Positions 61,901 through 64,000 of a stretch of 64,000 nucleotides of DNA are shown piece after piece. A model generated the notes under the pieces. It ran no database searches. It was not told the origin of the DNA and saw only the letters and a list, made by a program, of their open reading frames with translations. Made by a program: the position numbers and the translations under genes. Numbering within the stretch: the first letter of the stretch is position 1; each line of letters begins with the position of its first letter. This stretch comes from Zygnema circumcarinatum SAG 698-1b (Eukaryota > Plantae > Zygnematophyceae): positions 992,001 through 1,056,000 of the forward strand of contig CM074815.1 in NCBI GenBank assembly GCA_037447605.1, given 5' to 3'.

Positions 61901-63302
61901 GAAGAAGCTGAAGTCAGATGGAAGCATTGAGAGATACAAGGCCAGATTAGTTGCCAAGGGATATAGTCAGATTGAAGGGATTGATTTCACAGAGACTTTT
62001 GCTCCAGTAGTGAAGATAGAGAGCTTGAGGAGCATGTTAGCTATTGCAGCTGAGAAAGGATGGCACATTCATCAGATGGATGTGAAGACAGCCTTTCTGA
62101 ATGGAGAATTAGAGGAGGAGATATTCATGGAGCAGCCAGAAGGAAAGGTGGAGCCAGGAAAGGAAAATTTAGTTTGCAGGTTGAAGAAATCCATCTATGG
62201 ACTGAAGCAAGCTCCAAGGCTTTGGTATGAGAAGCTTCATCAAGTGTTGTTGAAGGAGCAATGTGAGAGGTTTGATTCAGATCATTCAGTTTACAGAAGA
62301 GGAGTTGGTGAGAAAATGGTTGTTATTGGTGTGTATGTGGATGACTTGGTCATTGCTGGACCAAGCTTGCAGGAAATCAAGAAGCTGAAGAAGACTTTGA
62401 TGAGACACTTTAAAATGTCTGACTTAGGGGAAGCTGAATACATTCTTGGTATCCAGATTCAGAGGGGGACAGATGGATCTATATTTATGAATCAGAGGAA
62501 GTACATGGGGGAGATCTTGGAGAAATTCGAAATGAAGGATGCTAAACCAGTGAGTACCCCATTAGATGTGAGTGTGAAGTTGACAAGTGAAATGTGTCCC
62601 AGGACTGAGAGAGAAAGGGAGTACATGAAGGGGGTCCCTTATAGATCAGCAGTAGGAAGTCTGATGTATCTCATGACTTCTACCAGACCAGATCTTGCAG
62701 CGGCTGTTGGAATGCTGAGCAGGTTTCTGAATGATCCAGGAAAGGCGCATTGGGAAGCAGTGAAGAGAGTCATGCGCTATGTGAAGGGGACTTTGGATAC
62801 AGGATTGAAGTTCCAGAAGATTGAAGGAGAGCCAACAGTGATTGGCTATTGTGATTCAGATTGGGGAGGATGTGTTGATACAGGCAGAAGCACCAGTGGA
62901 TATATCTTTGTTTGTGCAGGAGCAGCGATTTCATGGAACAGCAAACTTCAGGAGTGTGTGGCGTTGAGCAGTGCAGAAGCTGAGTACATGGCGGCGTGTC
63001 ATGCAGCGAAAGAAGCTAAGTGGCTGCAGCAGTTGTTTGCAGAGTTGAAGGAACCGCAGCCAAAGTTATTAATGTGGAGTGATAGTCAGAGTTGCATTGC
63101 TTTAGTTAAGAACCCAGTTTATCACAAGAGGACAAAGCATATAGATTTGAAGTATCATTTCATTCGTGAGTTAGTGACCAAGAAGGAGATTGAGCTGAAA
63201 TATGTTCATACGACTGAGCAGGCAGCTGATATGATGACTAAGGCAGGGACAGGACCAATGATTGGTAGATGTTGCAGACTTGTAGGTTTGATGAGTGCTT
63301 GA
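58992..63302 (+). CDS. gag-pol: Copia Gag-Pol polyprotein (1436 aa from the first ATG)
   Basis: Two CCHC knuckles, protease WIVDSGASHH, integrase (LVHMDVC, KTDNGGEF, NGVAERMN), RT (GVYVDDL), RNase H (GYCDSDWGG, TKHIDLKYH, QAADMMTK); no stops. Confidence 0.97.
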   Translation: MSKRSDEGKIFFDGTNYAAWEIFAKIKLQKKGCWKIVEGTSAKPAAAGPELEKWQELDDEAKYQIASLVDKKHLILLGGKDTAKEMWDKLKEIYLKKSMAVRNSLWTELTTLSLSRRESIDEFILRFEVLVRQYEDVGGTISEEQQVHTILRCCEERASRDVGNIKTQQLSDVESVKAILRAAESEQNDKQRFQKFIGHRPQTSEAFHSQSGDEDGGEQVEAYAANYRGRGRGARGGAFRGGPSFGRGRTGQAQAQQAACFNCGKPGHLAKDCWSSSRSSGAGNGAATGRGVWRGDSGQNEDTRGEGCFVCGKPGHFARDCFHKPQGRGRGGYGRRGGIRGLAASVRNPQGGAEEDEESAYRLEEKEQRADWIVDSGASHHICANRDEFVEMRKLAVPKILRTANGGEEIVDEVGTVKLNLIMRPQQEEVLVSEVMYAPSLEKNLMSVRQLARNGMNVNFFGDRCIVRRPNGHLALEAYDDGNLYRVRCARGKKGRNFIESHVLRAYAADADLWHRRLGHLSWRSLVAMSKKEMVAGLEALSSKEMQHSCKGCEEGKLKQKALKRLDETIRTRKRLELVHMDVCASDVESIGGNHYFLTIVDDYSRKVWVRMIRHKHEVFKAFLGWKAMVERESGELVKRIKTDNGGEFKNRSFEQMCAETGIRQAFTAPYTPQQNGVAERMNKSLMDIARCNLVESNLPENLWAEAVTAAAYIKNRSYNSLLKEQTPQERWAGSKPNISHLRVWGSRCTVWIPQHQRSWKMAARGRTGFMVGYSRDSYQYRIYDPQMQQVITSRNVQFYEDEYIQKEDRQQPRRFSYQPADDSDEEDTDESDDEETPRKSARKETRPVETAQEEQPQRETRGDSSATELRRSERPKKPIVKLTSDRIGELHMAEEKKGGRHRLSIGTIYCNQVVIGEPQSYQEALEGEDGEKWKGAIDSEWNSLLENKTWTLEELREGRTAIGAKWVFKKKLKSDGSIERYKARLVAKGYSQIEGIDFTETFAPVVKIESLRSMLAIAAEKGWHIHQMDVKTAFLNGELEEEIFMEQPEGKVEPGKENLVCRLKKSIYGLKQAPRLWYEKLHQVLLKEQCERFDSDHSVYRRGVGEKMVVIGVYVDDLVIAGPSLQEIKKLKKTLMRHFKMSDLGEAEYILGIQIQRGTDGSIFMNQRKYMGEILEKFEMKDAKPVSTPLDVSVKLTSEMCPRTEREREYMKGVPYRSAVGSLMYLMTSTRPDLAAAVGMLSRFLNDPGKAHWEAVKRVMRYVKGTLDTGLKFQKIEGEPTVIGYCDSDWGGCVDTGRSTSGYIFVCAGAAISWNSKLQECVALSSAEAEYMAACHAAKEAKWLQQLFAELKEPQPKLLMWSDSQSCIALVKNPVYHKRTKHIDLKYHFIRELVTKKEIELKYVHTTEQAADMMTKAGTGPMIGRCCRLVGLMSA

Positions 63303-63981
63303 GTTGATCAACCCTTGCATCAAGAGGGGGAATTGTGATGATGATGATGCTACGGGTTGTACGGACTGTTGTACGGAAGCTGTACGGATATATGTACGGA
63401 CAGGTGTACGGATACTGTACGGAATATGTACGGGCGAAAGAGAGACTGCGCATGTGAGAGAGTTCAGGAAGGTCTGTGCAGGAAGAGAAGTGTCAGGCGG
63501 AGGAGAAGCGTCTGGCGAAGCGTCGCAAATGTATGGTGCTCAAGAAGGAGGATTCAGAAAGGAGAATTCTGGAAGCTTCGACATTGGGTTGAAAAGAAGC
63601 GCTGCGCAGATGTAGAACACAGTGAAGAGAGAACAGGAAGAGAGAAGAGAGGATGAAGTGATCTGTAATGAGGCCTCATATGAAATAAAGAAGTGTTTAT
63701 GAGTTGTGTGTTGATCTTGTGAGAACATGTGTTTTGTATGTCAAGCTTGAATGTGTTCTCTTCTGTCACATGGCGGAGAGGCCCGACACAAAAACCAAGG
63801 GACTAATAAGTACAGAGAGGAAAGGACAGGGAGGCAGAGAACGGCGAAGAGAAGTCGAATAACGGGGACAGGGAGAGACTAGGATCTTGAAAGTTCGTGC
63901 GAAAGGGTAGAGGAAGTGGTAGACGGTAAAGTACCACTTAATTATGGCTTGCATTCCTGCTCTTTGACGGGTCGGTGCAGG

Positions 63982-64000
63982 ATGGGACAGAGGCCATGGC
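63982..64000 (+). CDS. Start of a second tyrosinase paralog (MGQRPW...), head-to-head with the first
   Basis: 28 nt (cggtgcaggATGGGACAGAGGCCATGGC) are identical to the reverse complement of the gene-1 start; upstream homology continues on both sides of the copia insertion. Confidence 0.7.

Larger units (their letters stand above)
58461..63770 (+). mobile_element. Intact, young Ty1/copia element (family C)
   Basis: 437-bp LTRs 58461-58897 and 63334-63770 (TG...CA) with 2 differences seen; exact TSD TGGCG (58456-60, 63771-75); PBS TGGTATCAGAGC 58901-12; PPT AAGAGGGGGAA 63322-32; single open ORF. Confidence 0.98.

Overview
A eukaryotic window dominated by nested LTR retrotransposons. A green-lineage (possibly streptophyte) alga is inferred from GT-AG spliced genes with CT-rich introns, tRNA-iMet primer sites and G-boxes. 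The assembly is gappy (10-N and ~100-N gaps) and several segments look error-rich. Mobile content: at least four Ty1/copia families (A, half-tRNA primed; B; C, intact and young; E, relic), a chromodomain Ty3/gypsy family in several copies, a second gypsy family, an orphan LTR family (D) and a MULE transposase pseudogene. Host genes: a type-B carboxylesterase pseudogene, a secreted-type tyrosinase gene, and the first codons of its head-to-head paralog at the window end. Main observations: (1) the chromovirus carries a ~170-aa domain between Gag and protease that is under visible purifying selection, is reached by a conserved -1 frameshift signal, and loosely resembles a Dam-like N6-adenine methyltransferase lacking its catalytic motif; (2) a ~28-kb inversion (or mis-scaffold) between two inverted family-B LTRs with swapped target-site duplications (TSDs) puts the two halves of the carboxylesterase on opposite strands; (3) an intact copia with 7 phased TGTACGG (SBP/CuRE-like) sites per LTR sits about 210 bp upstream of the duplicated copper-enzyme gene. 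All calls are from reading the sequence by eye; no searches were run.
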